Shown here one piece after another: positions 1 to 8,543 of a stretch of 41,240 nucleotides of DNA. The notes under the pieces are model-generated. The model searched no databases and was not told the DNA's origin. It saw only the letters and a program-made list of their open reading frames with translations. The position numbers were made by a program, and so were the translations under genes. Origin of the DNA: a virus (lineage: Duplodnaviria > Heunggongvirae > Uroviricota > Caudoviricetes); IMG/VR virus record IMGVR_UViG_2541047725_000010; one strand, given 5' to 3'. Position 1 is the first letter of the stretch. Every line of letters begins with the position of its first letter.

Positions 1-516
1 ATGAAATTTAAAAAATGTCTTCTGCCTGTGGTAATGTTAGCGTCATTCACTCTGGCAGGATGCCAGTCAAATGCTGATGATCATGCCGCCGATGTTTATC
101 AAACCGATCAACTGAATACCAAACAAGAAACTAAAACCGTTAATATTATTTCCATTCTTCCCGCAAAAGTTGCCGTAGACAACTCCCAAAATAAACGAAA
201 CGCACAAGCCTTCGGCGCGCTTATTGGTGCAGTCGCTGGCGGTGTTATTGGCCACAACGTCGGGTCTGGCAGCAATTCCGGAACGACGGCAGGTGCAGTT
301 GGCGGCGGAGCTGTTGGCGCGGCAGCGGGTTCTATGGTGAATGATAAAACCTTAGTGGAAGGTGTTTCTCTAACGTATAAGGAAGGCACCAAAGTGTATA
401 CCTCCACCCAGGTGGGTAAAGAGTGCCAGTTTACGACAGGTTTAGCCGTTGTTATTACCACGACGTATAACGAAACGCGTATTCAGCCAAATACCAAATG
501 TCCTGAAAAGAGCTAA
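1..516 (+). CDS. Glycine-zipper outer-membrane lipoprotein (YcfJ-like); host flank or phage cargo
   Basis: ORF track 171 aa; lipoprotein signal with lipobox LAGC; Gly/Ala-rich zipper AVAGGVIGHNVG resembling YcfJ/OsmB-type lipoproteins (from memory); RBS-less start at window edge. Confidence 0.65.
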   Translation: MKFKKCLLPVVMLASFTLAGCQSNADDHAADVYQTDQLNTKQETKTVNIISILPAKVAVDNSQNKRNAQAFGALIGAVAGGVIGHNVGSGSNSGTTAGAVGGGAVGAAAGSMVNDKTLVEGVSLTYKEGTKVYTSTQVGKECQFTTGLAVVITTTYNETRIQPNTKCPEKS

Positions 517-531
517 TAATCAGGAGGAGTC

Positions 532-1071
532 ATGAAGAAAGTTTTTCTTTGCGCCATCTTAGCTTCCTTAAGCTATCCGGCTATCGCCTCATCATTGCAG
601 GATCAACTCTCTGCTGTCGCAGAAGCGGAACAGCAAGGTAAAAATGAAGAGCAAAGGCAGCATGACGAATGGGTCGCGGAGCGCAACAGGGAAATCCAGC
701 AAGAGAAGCAACGTCGCGCAAACGCCCAGGCCGCCGCTAACAAAAGAGCGACAACGGCAGCGGCAAATAAGAAAGCTCGTCAGGATAAACTGGACGCCGA
801 AGCCTCTGCGGACAAAAAACGCGATCAAAGTTATCAAGATGAGCTACGCAGCTTAGAGATTCAGAAACAAAAACTGGCGCTGGCGAAAGAAGAAGCCCGC
901 GTTAAGCGAGAAAACGAATTTATCGATCAGGAACTGAAGCACAAAGCTGCGCAAACCGATGTGGTGCAATCTGAAGCTGACGCAAACAGGAATATGACTG
1001 AGGGCGGTCGAGATCTGATGAAAAGCGTGGGCAAAGCAGAAGAGAACAAATCGGACAGCTGGTTTAATTAA
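532..1071 (+). CDS. Secreted Lys/Glu/Ala-rich coiled-coil protein, function unknown
   Basis: ORF track 179 aa; Sec-type signal peptide (MKKVFLCAILASLSYPAIAS); GGAGG RBS at 522-526; low-complexity charged repeats. Confidence 0.6.
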   Translation: MKKVFLCAILASLSYPAIASSLQDQLSAVAEAEQQGKNEEQRQHDEWVAERNREIQQEKQRRANAQAAANKRATTAAANKKARQDKLDAEASADKKRDQSYQDELRSLEIQKQKLALAKEEARVKRENEFIDQELKHKAAQTDVVQSEADANRNMTEGGRDLMKSVGKAEENKSDSWFN

Positions 1072-1114
1072 TCGATGTAAGTAACTTCAAGCCTATAATT
1101 CTTGAAGATAAAAA

Positions 1115-1140
1115 ACCCTCTGTAGTAACAGAGGGTTTTG
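1115..1140. terminator. Bidirectional intrinsic terminator at the left phage/host junction
   Basis: Hairpin ACCCTCTGT-agtaa-ACAGAGGGT flanked by AAAAA upstream and TTTTG downstream; lies between the convergent gene 532-1071 (+) and Rz (-). Confidence 0.6.
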
Positions 1141-1267
1141 TTCATTCATAGTGCAGGGATCAAAATCATTCCCACTCAATTATTTACGGATACCATAACC
1201 AATTGATTGATAACAACTTTCTGCAACATGATTTTCACCGTACCGTTTTATATACCGTCACCGGAAA

Positions 1268-1765
1268 TCAGTGCCACGATTTTTGCTTCTTCAGTGAATC
1301 GTATTGCTGTTCGCAGGATTCTCCTGCAATCCGATACTTTTCAGCCTCAGCTGCTGTTGCGTTGTAAACTCGATTGCTTTCTTCAAGCATGTCGGCGAGC
1401 ACACCGATGACCTTGCTGGCTGGCGTGCCAGTGGGGAAAGATCCGGTATAGTGTTCGGCGAGTCGCTTGGTTTTGTCAAGCTCGGCGCGCAGGCTGTCAG
1501 CAGCGGCATTAGCATGCTCAGCATCAACACGCGCCACATCGATACGGGATTGTGCTTCACGTTCAATTTGTGTTTTCTCCTGATCACGTTGTGACCTGGC
1601 CTTATCATCAGCCTGTTTCTGATCTTCCTGTGCCTGCGCATACCCGGCATCGTACTGGCGGCTGCCGTGCATATTCCAGGCAACCACTCCGACGATGAAC
1701 AGAGCAGCAAGCATCAACACGATAAGCAACTGTTTCCAGTATGCTTTTACGAATGCCCAGATCAT
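1268..1765 (-). CDS. Rz-like inner-membrane spanin (i-spanin)
   Basis: 165 aa; N-terminal transmembrane anchor then charged coiled coil; directly downstream of endolysin with ATGA start/stop overlap; contains an embedded +1-frame lipoprotein ORF. Confidence 0.6.
   Translation of the reverse strand: MIWAFVKAYWKQLLIVLMLAALFIVGVVAWNMHGSRQYDAGYAQAQEDQKQADDKARSQRDQEKTQIEREAQSRIDVARVDAEHANAAADSLRAELDKTKRLAEHYTGSFPTGTPASKVIGVLADMLEESNRVYNATAAEAEKYRIAGESCEQQYDSLKKQKSWH
1291..1539 (-). CDS. Rz1-like outer-membrane lipoprotein spanin (o-spanin) embedded in Rz
   Basis: Alternate frame wholly inside Rz; start chosen at ATG 1539 giving [17 protein letters not shown] (lipobox LTAC) followed by a Pro-rich mature region; exact start uncertain. 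Confidence 0.45.
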   Translation of the reverse strand: MWRVLMLSMLMPLLTACAPSLTKPSDSPNTIPDLSPLARQPARSSVCSPTCLKKAIEFTTQQQLRLKSIGLQENPANSNTIH

Positions 1766-2391
1766 ACCGCCAGCACATTACTGGCAGTGATGTACCGCGC
1801 TCTCCGGTCGTCGATGCCGTTCCTGCCACCATTGATAATCAAAGTTACACGAGCAATATCGCCGGTATACTTCATGCAACCTTTGCTGGAGAAGAACCAC
1901 GCCGCGCTACGAGCCGCATATTCGTCCTGCGCTAACAGTTCAGGATTCTCCAGCAGGTCCACTTTCAGGCCGTTTCCGCAGTCACGATAGTTATTCAAAC
2001 CGGTAATCTGGATAAGTCCACGGCCTCGGTAATTCCAGCCGTCACCAGGGGAATTGTTCCCCATGCGTTTGCTGTACACCAGATTGGCGATCGCTCGCTG
2101 GCGCTCGAGTGGCAATGGTGGTTCACCAGCACGGCGACCCAGTGCATTAGCCTGCCCCTGAGTGAGACGCCCAGCCCGAACGAAGTTAGCCAGACCGCTG
2201 ACACTGTAGTTGAAATTCTCCTGCAATCTGGTGAAGCCCACAGATTCATGCCCGACCTGAGCAATAAACATTGCCTGATCCTCTGCTTTGCTGATACCAA
2301 ACTCTTTCATCGCAGAAGTTATATGCGAGAACCAGCGAGCGGCCAGCGCCTCTCTAATACCAGCAGCTCGCTGGAATTGTTTAATCTCCAT
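1762..2391 (-). CDS. Endolysin, glycoside hydrolase family 19 (chitinase-like lysozyme)
   Basis: 209 aa; motifs [12 protein letters not shown] and [12 protein letters not shown] match GH19 signature blocks (from memory); sits between holin-like genes and Rz. Confidence 0.8.
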   Translation of the reverse strand: MEIKQFQRAAGIREALAARWFSHITSAMKEFGISKAEDQAMFIAQVGHESVGFTRLQENFNYSVSGLANFVRAGRLTQGQANALGRRAGEPPLPLERQRAIANLVYSKRMGNNSPGDGWNYRGRGLIQITGLNNYRDCGNGLKVDLLENPELLAQDEYAARSAAWFFSSKGCMKYTGDIARVTLIINGGRNGIDDRRARYITASNVLAV

Positions 2392-2689
2392 GTTTAGACC
2401 TCGTTATTTTGAAAATCTGAACGACGTTACCGCGCGTTTTAATAACCGCAGCAAGCATGACAGCGTTGATAATGACCTCAGATAAATCCACAGCCATTGG
2501 CGTGCGTAACCAGATTGCATAAACGACACGAACAGGAATACTGGCCGCAGCAACAATCAGGAAATAAGCAATCCACCCACCCCATCTTCGGTGTTGAGAT
2601 CCGTTACGCTGGAAAGTGACAACGCGAATTGCTATGCCAGTACAAATAACTGCATTGGTGATAAGTAAAAACAGGTCATGCGTTACCAT
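2381..2689 (-). CDS. Holin/antiholin-like small membrane protein
   Basis: 102 aa, three hydrophobic segments and a charged C-terminus; overlaps endolysin start. Confidence 0.5.
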   Translation of the reverse strand: MVTHDLFLLITNAVICTGIAIRVVTFQRNGSQHRRWGGWIAYFLIVAAASIPVRVVYAIWLRTPMAVDLSEVIINAVMLAAVIKTRGNVVQIFKITRSKHGD

Positions 2690-3092
2690 CGTCTTTTCTC
2701 CCCGGAATTAACTCGCGTGGATTATCGGAACGGTGATAGAGCCAGATACCAATTCGCACTGCGACAATTGCTGATACGAATGCGCCAGCAGAGAAAACAA
2801 TCCCTTTCTCGAACGAGTCCTGCGTGATGGTAGGGATCAGGCTGGCTATGCCGATAAGAATTGATGCTGCTGGTTTGTAAAAAAGAAGGCCGCAGAGAAA
2901 GCTGAGCATCGACAAGAATACGCGACGACGAATTGGATACTCTACCGCAGAGGTAACAAAAATTACCGCACCAGCAAGAGCACCGAGCGCCACCTCTGGC
3001 GGAACACCTACGATAACCGCAGCAAGAGAGCTCACACTAAGCCATTGATTTAAAGACTCAGTTGTTATGTTAACCGACATAGCACACACCAT
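2676..3092 (-). CDS. Holin-like membrane protein
   Basis: 138 aa, 3-4 predicted TM helices, charged C-terminal tail; first gene of the lysis cassette. Confidence 0.5.
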   Translation of the reverse strand: MVCAMSVNITTESLNQWLSVSSLAAVIVGVPPEVALGALAGAVIFVTSAVEYPIRRRVFLSMLSFLCGLLFYKPAASILIGIASLIPTITQDSFEKGIVFSAGAFVSAIVAVRIGIWLYHRSDNPRELIPGRKDDGNA

Positions 3093-3255
3093 TTTTTTTG
3101 TACATATCGAACCTCTTCACTTACAGGTCACCAAACACAATAAACCATATATGTTTAACCATCAGATATTCTGAAATAACTATCAATTCATTGGTTTTTG
3201 ATGACAATATTCATAAACAACCATAAATGTAAGGATGTTTATTAGTTGCCAAAAT

Positions 3256-5862
3256 TTATTTCCTGCAAACTCCAGATGATGTTAATCCATCAAAAATAAC
3301 CTGCACTCTGGCAATAACAACATCAACTCCAGAAGTCGTTTCACTTGCATAACCAAGTTTTATTTTAGATACAATATCCTGAGTAAGTTCAGATATTTCA
3401 GTTTCTGCAATGTTACCAGAGGCCATGTGATTATCGTATGCCATAGAATGAATTCCATTATTGACATCGATTGAACTAGTATGTTTGTGAAAAATAGATG
3501 GGTTTACCTGAAACGAATTTGAACCGATAAGATCAGAAGATACTCCATTCATCACTGCAGTACAGCGTGGAATATTATTATCGGTTATTGTCATATGCAG
3601 ACGGTTACCAGTTAACCCCTCACCAAGTGTGACATAATACGCCAATTCTCCACCTGCATATTGTTTCCCCTCAACAATAACAGTAATCCCTCTTAATTTC
3701 TGATTAGCTAGCAAAAACTTATTACTGTCTATATAGCATTTATTTGCGGAACCAAAAACAGCCCCTTCTAAAATATCTGATGAATAGGAATAAATAAGGT
3801 CACCAGAAACAAAGGAAAGAATATCAGATACGTTTCCTTTTTTAGATAAGTTGGGAGAATAGCTATTAACTATTTCATATTGTCCTGTGATAAAATCAAG
3901 GTAAACGCCATCAGTTTTCATCTCTTTAAAGAAAATGCTATTAAAGCATCCATCAAGAACCGGTGGATATATTCTAGAGCTTGCATAAGCTGTTGGGTGA
4001 TTCTTATTATTACCACTACCAGGCGAATAAACATCTTCGTTAGTCATTGACTTTTTAAGCTTAACAGGAATCATCGGCTGCATATCAATTTTGCAGTTCC
4101 CTGAACCACCGATGCGAGGATAAAATAAACCACCAAACCTTACAATATTACTACTGAATAGTATTTCGTTATCGTTAAGTGTTATCTCAACGAAGTTTCC
4201 AATAAGTTTAAATTCAACTGAAAACAAACCAAGTGGAGCAGATAATTTAACAATATTGCGCATAAAAACACCTACAGTCCCTGTTGATGCAGTATAGTGT
4301 GTGGTTTCAAAGGCAGAGCCTGTATATTTCAAGTTAATGAAATTATTATGGTATGAAGACAATTGGAATTGAATCCCAGAACTAAGGATTTCAATATCTA
4401 CAAATTGAATCCTTACGGAGTAAGAATATGATAAATCTTCATATTCATAAGGCAATGTAACATCTTTTGAAATAGTTGCCCTCACATAATTACCAGAAAC
4501 CACATCAACCCCATCACGTACTGCATTAAAGTAACGATTAAAATCAATAAGCCCAGCGCCAACATACTGCGCATATGAACGAGTCCATCCTGCCATTGCG
4601 TTTCGTCCATTCTGAGCTTCTAAACTGCTAAATTCAGAGTCACTTGTGGTACTTGATGGGAGGATATTTGTACAAAAAACAATTTCAGGCATTGAAGTAA
4701 TATCATTCAGTTCAGCCATCAATTTAAAAAAAGTTTTCTGCGGGAAGTTACCAACATCCCAACCATCTCCGTCATTCATGCCAAAAGCAATAATAACAAC
4801 ATCAGGGTTAATATCACGAATGTAATCAATCCAGCGTCTGTTCGTGTCTGAATACCATGGGTACTGTGAGTTATAAGAAGTAATTGCTGGTGTATCTTTT
4901 CCAAGGTCATAGTACCTCATTCCACCAATTGCTCTGTTAAATAAAGTAGAACTTGGGAATTTCTCTTGCAAAACTCTCTTAAGATGAGCGGCAAAAATGC
5001 TTGATCGATCCACTGTGCTTATATTATATGGGGCACTTAAGCTGTCACCAACTAACACTATTTTTGAGTTAGGCCTTGATAATCTCTCAAGTGTTTTAGA
5101 TGTGACTAAACTGCAGGAATTAATGAACTGAGTACTATTTAGCGTCTGTTCAAGTGTATCACCAAATCTGGTACCAACGTATGATGATCCGTTGACACTT
5201 GCTAGCTTAAGGCATAAATCAGCAGTATCTGTAATTGAAAAAATAGGAACAGGACGTCCTAAACTGTCATACCCCTGAATTGAGTTTGCCCTAGAAGATG
5301 CTGATGCCATTTCGCTTACTATCTCAGGGAAGCGGAGTGTTTTAGATATGTTGCTGTTAATAACTCCTTTGATAGATGAGTCTGTATATTTCTTCGTGGA
5401 AGCGTCCTGAGGAAATAATGGATCATCAAGGTTACGAATACGATTGCCGAGTGCATCGTAGTAAGTGGCACTAAATGATGGTTTACGAAGAGCCAGCCGA
5501 GCCATGCTTTTGACTAACTGGATCAGCATCGTTAGCTTATCAAAAGCATCCTCATGCACTTCCGCAAAGAACTTACCCTGATTGCGCAGATCAGTTTCCT
5601 GTGTAACCGGTAGCTCTCGTGATATAGAAATCTTATAGCCATTGGCCAACGCCTTCGACAATATTACATTTCCACCATTGTATCCTCCGGCCCCGGTAAC
5701 TATATAATCAGTATCAAGAGTCAGTACGGTGATATTTTCATGAATATCAACAACCTGCACAATCAAATCAGATTTATTGAAAACCCTAAAGGCATACGGA
5801 AACGATGTCGTAACGCCGTTACCGGTGTATTCGTTGTGGTCAACTTCGGTTGAGACCGTCAT
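3256..5862 (-). CDS. Tailspike / receptor-binding protein with internal GDSL/SGNH esterase domain
   Basis: 868 aa; conserved N-terminal anchor MTVSTEVDHNEYTGNGVTTSFPY; SGNH blocks VLVGDSLS (about 5040-5065), NRAIGG, FGMNDGDG (about 4761-4787); GGAG RBS; distal part visibly AT-richer. Confidence 0.8.
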   Translation of the reverse strand: MTVSTEVDHNEYTGNGVTTSFPYAFRVFNKSDLIVQVVDIHENITVLTLDTDYIVTGAGGYNGGNVILSKALANGYKISISRELPVTQETDLRNQGKFFAEVHEDAFDKLTMLIQLVKSMARLALRKPSFSATYYDALGNRIRNLDDPLFPQDASTKKYTDSSIKGVINSNISKTLRFPEIVSEMASASSRANSIQGYDSLGRPVPIFSITDTADLCLKLASVNGSSYVGTRFGDTLEQTLNSTQFINSCSLVTSKTLERLSRPNSKIVLVGDSLSAPYNISTVDRSSIFAAHLKRVLQEKFPSSTLFNRAIGGMRYYDLGKDTPAITSYNSQYPWYSDTNRRWIDYIRDINPDVVIIAFGMNDGDGWDVGNFPQKTFFKLMAELNDITSMPEIVFCTNILPSSTTSDSEFSSLEAQNGRNAMAGWTRSYAQYVGAGLIDFNRYFNAVRDGVDVVSGNYVRATISKDVTLPYEYEDLSYSYSVRIQFVDIEILSSGIQFQLSSYHNNFINLKYTGSAFETTHYTASTGTVGVFMRNIVKLSAPLGLFSVEFKLIGNFVEITLNDNEILFSSNIVRFGGLFYPRIGGSGNCKIDMQPMIPVKLKKSMTNEDVYSPGSGNNKNHPTAYASSRIYPPVLDGCFNSIFFKEMKTDGVYLDFITGQYEIVNSYSPNLSKKGNVSDILSFVSGDLIYSYSSDILEGAVFGSANKCYIDSNKFLLANQKLRGITVIVEGKQYAGGELAYYVTLGEGLTGNRLHMTITDNNIPRCTAVMNGVSSDLIGSNSFQVNPSIFHKHTSSIDVNNGIHSMAYDNHMASGNIAETEISELTQDIVSKIKLGYASETTSGVDVVIARVQVIFDGLTSSGVCRK

Positions 5863-5965
5863 GTTAAATCTCCAGATAGTCGCAGCACCCGTTGCGCCGC
5901 ATATCTGGTTATTCTATTACCTGAAAAACCATATATGTATAGAAAGACTATAAATACCAATAGAT

Positions 5966-5982
5966 ATTACCTTTATGGTAAT
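5966..5982. promoter_or_regulatory. Operator-like palindrome ATTACC-TTTAT-GGTAAT
   Basis: Perfect inverted half-sites 5 bp apart; one of at least 11 copies of the same motif in intergenic regions. Confidence 0.5.
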
Positions 5983-6018
5983 TTGCAAAACGTGCTGGAT
6001 AGCAAACAAATTATTTGA

Positions 6019-6038
6019 TACTGTATAAATATACAGTT
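6019..6038 (+). promoter_or_regulatory. LexA (SOS) box overlapping the -10 region upstream of gene 6058-6315
   Basis: TACTGTATAAATATACAGTT: CTGT-N8-ACAG, 18/20 to the TACTGTATATATATACAGTA consensus; 20 bp before the GGAG RBS and ATG at 6058. Confidence 0.7.
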
Positions 6039-6057
6039 ATTGCATGGAGAAGATAAG

Positions 6058-6315
6058 ATGCAGCGGTATCACTATCCACTGGAAGACGGATTTACCGAAA
6101 GGATTCACACGCCGGGAGGCGTCAGGTCACTGGTGGAGGGATCGCACTTGATGAAATTACTCCGGGATCTCGATAAGGATGGATTTAATGTCGATGGCCC
6201 ACTTGCCGAACTGACTGCACTGATTAACTACGTCACCAGCTCACAGATGTCTATGCGGGATCTGCAAACACATCTCGACTATTGTGCCGAACAATTACGA
6301 AAACAAACCAGATAA
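6058..6315 (+). CDS. Small protein paralogous to the antirepressor C-terminal domain (SOS-controlled)
   Basis: 85 aa from ATG 6058 (track ORF 6040-6315); aligns by eye at about 50% identity with residues about 160-240 of the adjacent antirepressor (e.g. LMKLLRDLDKDGFNVDGPLAELT vs LMNLLNQLQEDGHDVSGAAAELT). Confidence 0.6.
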   Translation: MQRYHYPLEDGFTERIHTPGGVRSLVEGSHLMKLLRDLDKDGFNVDGPLAELTALINYVTSSQMSMRDLQTHLDYCAEQLRKQTR

Positions 6316-6345
6316 GGTTTGCAATTACCAAGTGGAGTGCTTATA

Positions 6346-6362
6346 TTTACCTTTGAGGTAAA
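6346..6362. promoter_or_regulatory. Operator-like palindrome TTTACC-TTTGA-GGTAAA
   Basis: Same motif family as 5966-5982. Confidence 0.45.
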
Positions 6363-6455
6363 TTTACATCGCACTCCTCTTGTGCCATAGTAATCGGGCA
6401 CTGGCAAAATCCGGTGCCGGGATTGGTCTCCCGGATTACTACAGAGGCACATATG

Positions 6456-6475
6456 CCGCATAAGCGGTTTTTTTT
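6456..6475 (+). terminator. Putative intrinsic terminator after the LexA-controlled small gene
   Basis: Short GC stem CCGC-ataa-GCGG followed by an 8-T run; sits inside a 314-bp hairpin-rich noncoding gap. Confidence 0.4.
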
Positions 6476-6629
6476 ATGTGTAAAGCGCACCTATTCTATG
6501 GTGGGCTGTGTGGGGGCACCGAAAGGTGCGCCGGGTTCCTTTGTAGCCGGTAAGACCAACTCTGCACAGTTCACCACCATCTGATTGGTCTCAGCGGTGG
6601 TGATTAACCTAACTACAAAGGTGATCGCC

Positions 6630-7322
6630 ATGAATACCAAACCTTCCATCTTTTCCTTTGAGTCATCCTGCCAGATCCGTATGTTCATGATTGACGGAGA
6701 ACCTTGGTTTGTCACCAAAGATGTGTGCAATGCTTTGAATATTGATGTTACACAAGCGAGAAAACTTGATAAAAAAGGCTGGAACAAAAAGGGGCTGTAT
6801 TCAATACAGACCCCTGGTGGAATACAAGAACTATCCATCGTTTCAGAATCAGGTCTCTACATCCTTATTCTGCGTTGCAAAGAGGCAATGACTGAGGGAA
6901 CGAGAGCATTCAGATTTCTTGAATGGGTTACAGGCGAGGTTCTTCCTCAGATCCGCCGCACCGGAAGTTACATTAAAAACTCGCTACCGCAGGAAGAACG
7001 CATAAAGATGGTTGCCGACCAGGTAGCCAACGCCACGGCGTCAGCAGTAATGCAGGCGATGAAGATAGAGAACAAAACCTACAACGCCCCGCTGAAGCCC
7101 GGCTACCGCAGCCTGATTCATTCCCCGTCTGGTGTTCTCGGCCTGACGGAGAACTCACTGCTGATGAATCTGCTGAACCAGTTACAGGAAGACGGGCACG
7201 ACGTATCGGGCGCGGCGGCGGAGCTGACCACCATGTTCTGCTACATCGTCGGTGTGAGCAAATGCCTGCGTGATATCCAGACGCACGCGGAGTACATCAA
7301 CGACAAAGCAGGGTTCTTCTGA
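6630..7322 (+). CDS. Phage antirepressor, BRO-N N-terminal domain with KilA-C/Ant-type C-terminal domain
   Basis: 230 aa from ATG 6630 (AAGGTG RBS); N-terminal FSFESSCQIRMFMIDGEPWFVTKDVCNALNI is a BRO-N signature (from memory). Confidence 0.75.
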   Translation: MNTKPSIFSFESSCQIRMFMIDGEPWFVTKDVCNALNIDVTQARKLDKKGWNKKGLYSIQTPGGIQELSIVSESGLYILILRCKEAMTEGTRAFRFLEWVTGEVLPQIRRTGSYIKNSLPQEERIKMVADQVANATASAVMQAMKIENKTYNAPLKPGYRSLIHSPSGVLGLTENSLLMNLLNQLQEDGHDVSGAAAELTTMFCYIVGVSKCLRDIQTHAEYINDKAGFF

Positions 7323-7393
7323 CGGGCGGCGGCACAGGGATGTGCCTTTAAATAATTCTGTACAGATTGCAGACTGGGGGTGAATAGCGTACT

Positions 7394-7410
7394 ATTACCT
7401 TAAAGGTAAA
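7394..7410. promoter_or_regulatory. Operator-like palindrome ATTACC-TTAAA-GGTAAA
   Basis: 41 bp upstream of the ATG at 7452. Confidence 0.45.
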
Positions 7411-7451
7411 CCTGTTTTTATTTTATACCTGTAACTTACCGGAGATTAAAG

Positions 7452-7778
7452 ATGACAAAACTTGGATTCGTGATGAGAGGTCCGGTAAGAAGCGGAACTC
7501 ATGCAAAGCGTAGCAAGAGTCGTATTTTTACTGGTAAGGTTGTAGCACGTAAATCAGCTATTGGCTCGTTCAATAGTGAAAATGCGGCATTGCGCCATAT
7601 TTTTATCAGCACAAAGCCAAGAGCATCCGCTGATGTGCATACAATGACTATTCCTATCACAAAGAATATAAAGCGGATAAAAAAGCTCTCATCTGCAGAA
7701 TCAAAAGAGATATCTTTCCGCCAGCTTAACTCATTAGAAACGCATATGAAGGAAGAGGAATTCGATGTTTTTGAGTGA
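7452..7778 (+). CDS. Basic hypothetical protein, upstream partner of a toxin-like gene
   Basis: 108 aa; strong GGAG RBS; Lys/Arg-rich N-terminus; no family recognised; 14-bp overlap with the next gene. Confidence 0.5.
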   Translation: MTKLGFVMRGPVRSGTHAKRSKSRIFTGKVVARKSAIGSFNSENAALRHIFISTKPRASADVHTMTIPITKNIKRIKKLSSAESKEISFRQLNSLETHMKEEEFDVFE

Positions 7779-8277
7779 GTATAGCGGGAAGGTTATACCT
7801 ACTGGTGAGTTTAAAACTGATGACTTTCTGATTTCGCTAAAAGATGCTTTTAAACAACACTGGCGTCATGGTCATCATCCTGATCTGGGAAAAGATACTC
7901 TTTTTGAAAGACCAGACGAAGTATTAGGTTTCCATCTCAGAAAGGTTCATGTCAATATTGGTGAATATGCATCATATTCATACTCATGTACTGAACAGTG
8001 TTGGGATGAGTGGTCATATGGATTGATTGATGAACAAGGAAATTACAGGCCAAAACCAACCAGTAACGCATATCTCATATATGCAGTCAATGAAATAAGA
8101 GATGCAGCCTTACTAGCTTATTGGGACCCGCCCGCACACACCAAAGCTAACGCAAAAGTTTGGATGGATTCCGTATTGAATTTCACAAAATTATTTCATG
8201 AACGAACGAATACAGCTCCACTTAGTAGAAATGTTTATCCGTGGGATTATTCGTACAAATCCAAAAAGCCTGCATAG
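7765..8277 (+). CDS. YafO-like toxin-family protein (putative ribosome-dependent mRNA interferase)
   Basis: 170 aa; AAGGAAGAGG RBS inside the upstream gene; by-eye similarity to E. coli YafO recalled from memory (G[KR]D-x-L[FY], RKVHVNI vs ERVAHIHL, AYLIYAV vs AHLVYCQ); unverified. Confidence 0.45.
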   Translation: MFLSEYSGKVIPTGEFKTDDFLISLKDAFKQHWRHGHHPDLGKDTLFERPDEVLGFHLRKVHVNIGEYASYSYSCTEQCWDEWSYGLIDEQGNYRPKPTSNAYLIYAVNEIRDAALLAYWDPPAHTKANAKVWMDSVLNFTKLFHERTNTAPLSRNVYPWDYSYKSKKPA

Positions 8278-8358
8278 TAGTTTTTTATGGACGAAACAAA
8301 AGTCAGTGCTACACTCATTGACGCCACATTGAGGTGGATTATAGATGGAAATTTCACA

Positions 8359-8520
8359 ATGAAAAAAGCATTTGCTGCACTGTTCGTTTTGTTGTCTCTG
8401 GTAGCTTCAACTCAGGCCTTTGCCGGTCGTTGTCAGCACGACAGCGATACTGCCGCTGACGGCTCCCGCTGCGGTGGGCGTTCTGCGGATTCCCGCCCGG
8501 GCGGCGGTGGCATTCGTTAA
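8359..8520 (+). CDS. Small secreted Cys-containing peptide
   Basis: 53 aa from ATG 8359 (track ORF starts 8287); Sec signal MKKAFAALFVLLSLVASTQAFA then a Gly/Arg/Asp-rich mature peptide of about 31 aa with two Cys. Confidence 0.4.
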   Translation: MKKAFAALFVLLSLVASTQAFAGRCQHDSDTAADGSRCGGRSADSRPGGGGIR

Positions 8521-8525
8521 AAACA

Positions 8526-8543
8526 AGGCCGCGAAAGCGGCCT
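8526..8543 (-). terminator. Intrinsic terminator downstream of the minus-strand gene 8552-8848
   Basis: 7-bp GC stem AGGCCGC-gaaa-GCGGCCT; on the minus strand followed by TGTTTTT; the GTGACATGTCAC palindrome lies immediately beside it. Confidence 0.6.

Noticed and set aside
1207-1410. 67-aa plus-strand ORF at the left junction
   Set aside because: Runs antisense into Rz/Rz1 with no RBS.
5916-5921. Isolated ATTACC half-site
   Set aside because: No inverted partner at the 5-bp spacing; not counted among the operator-like sites.
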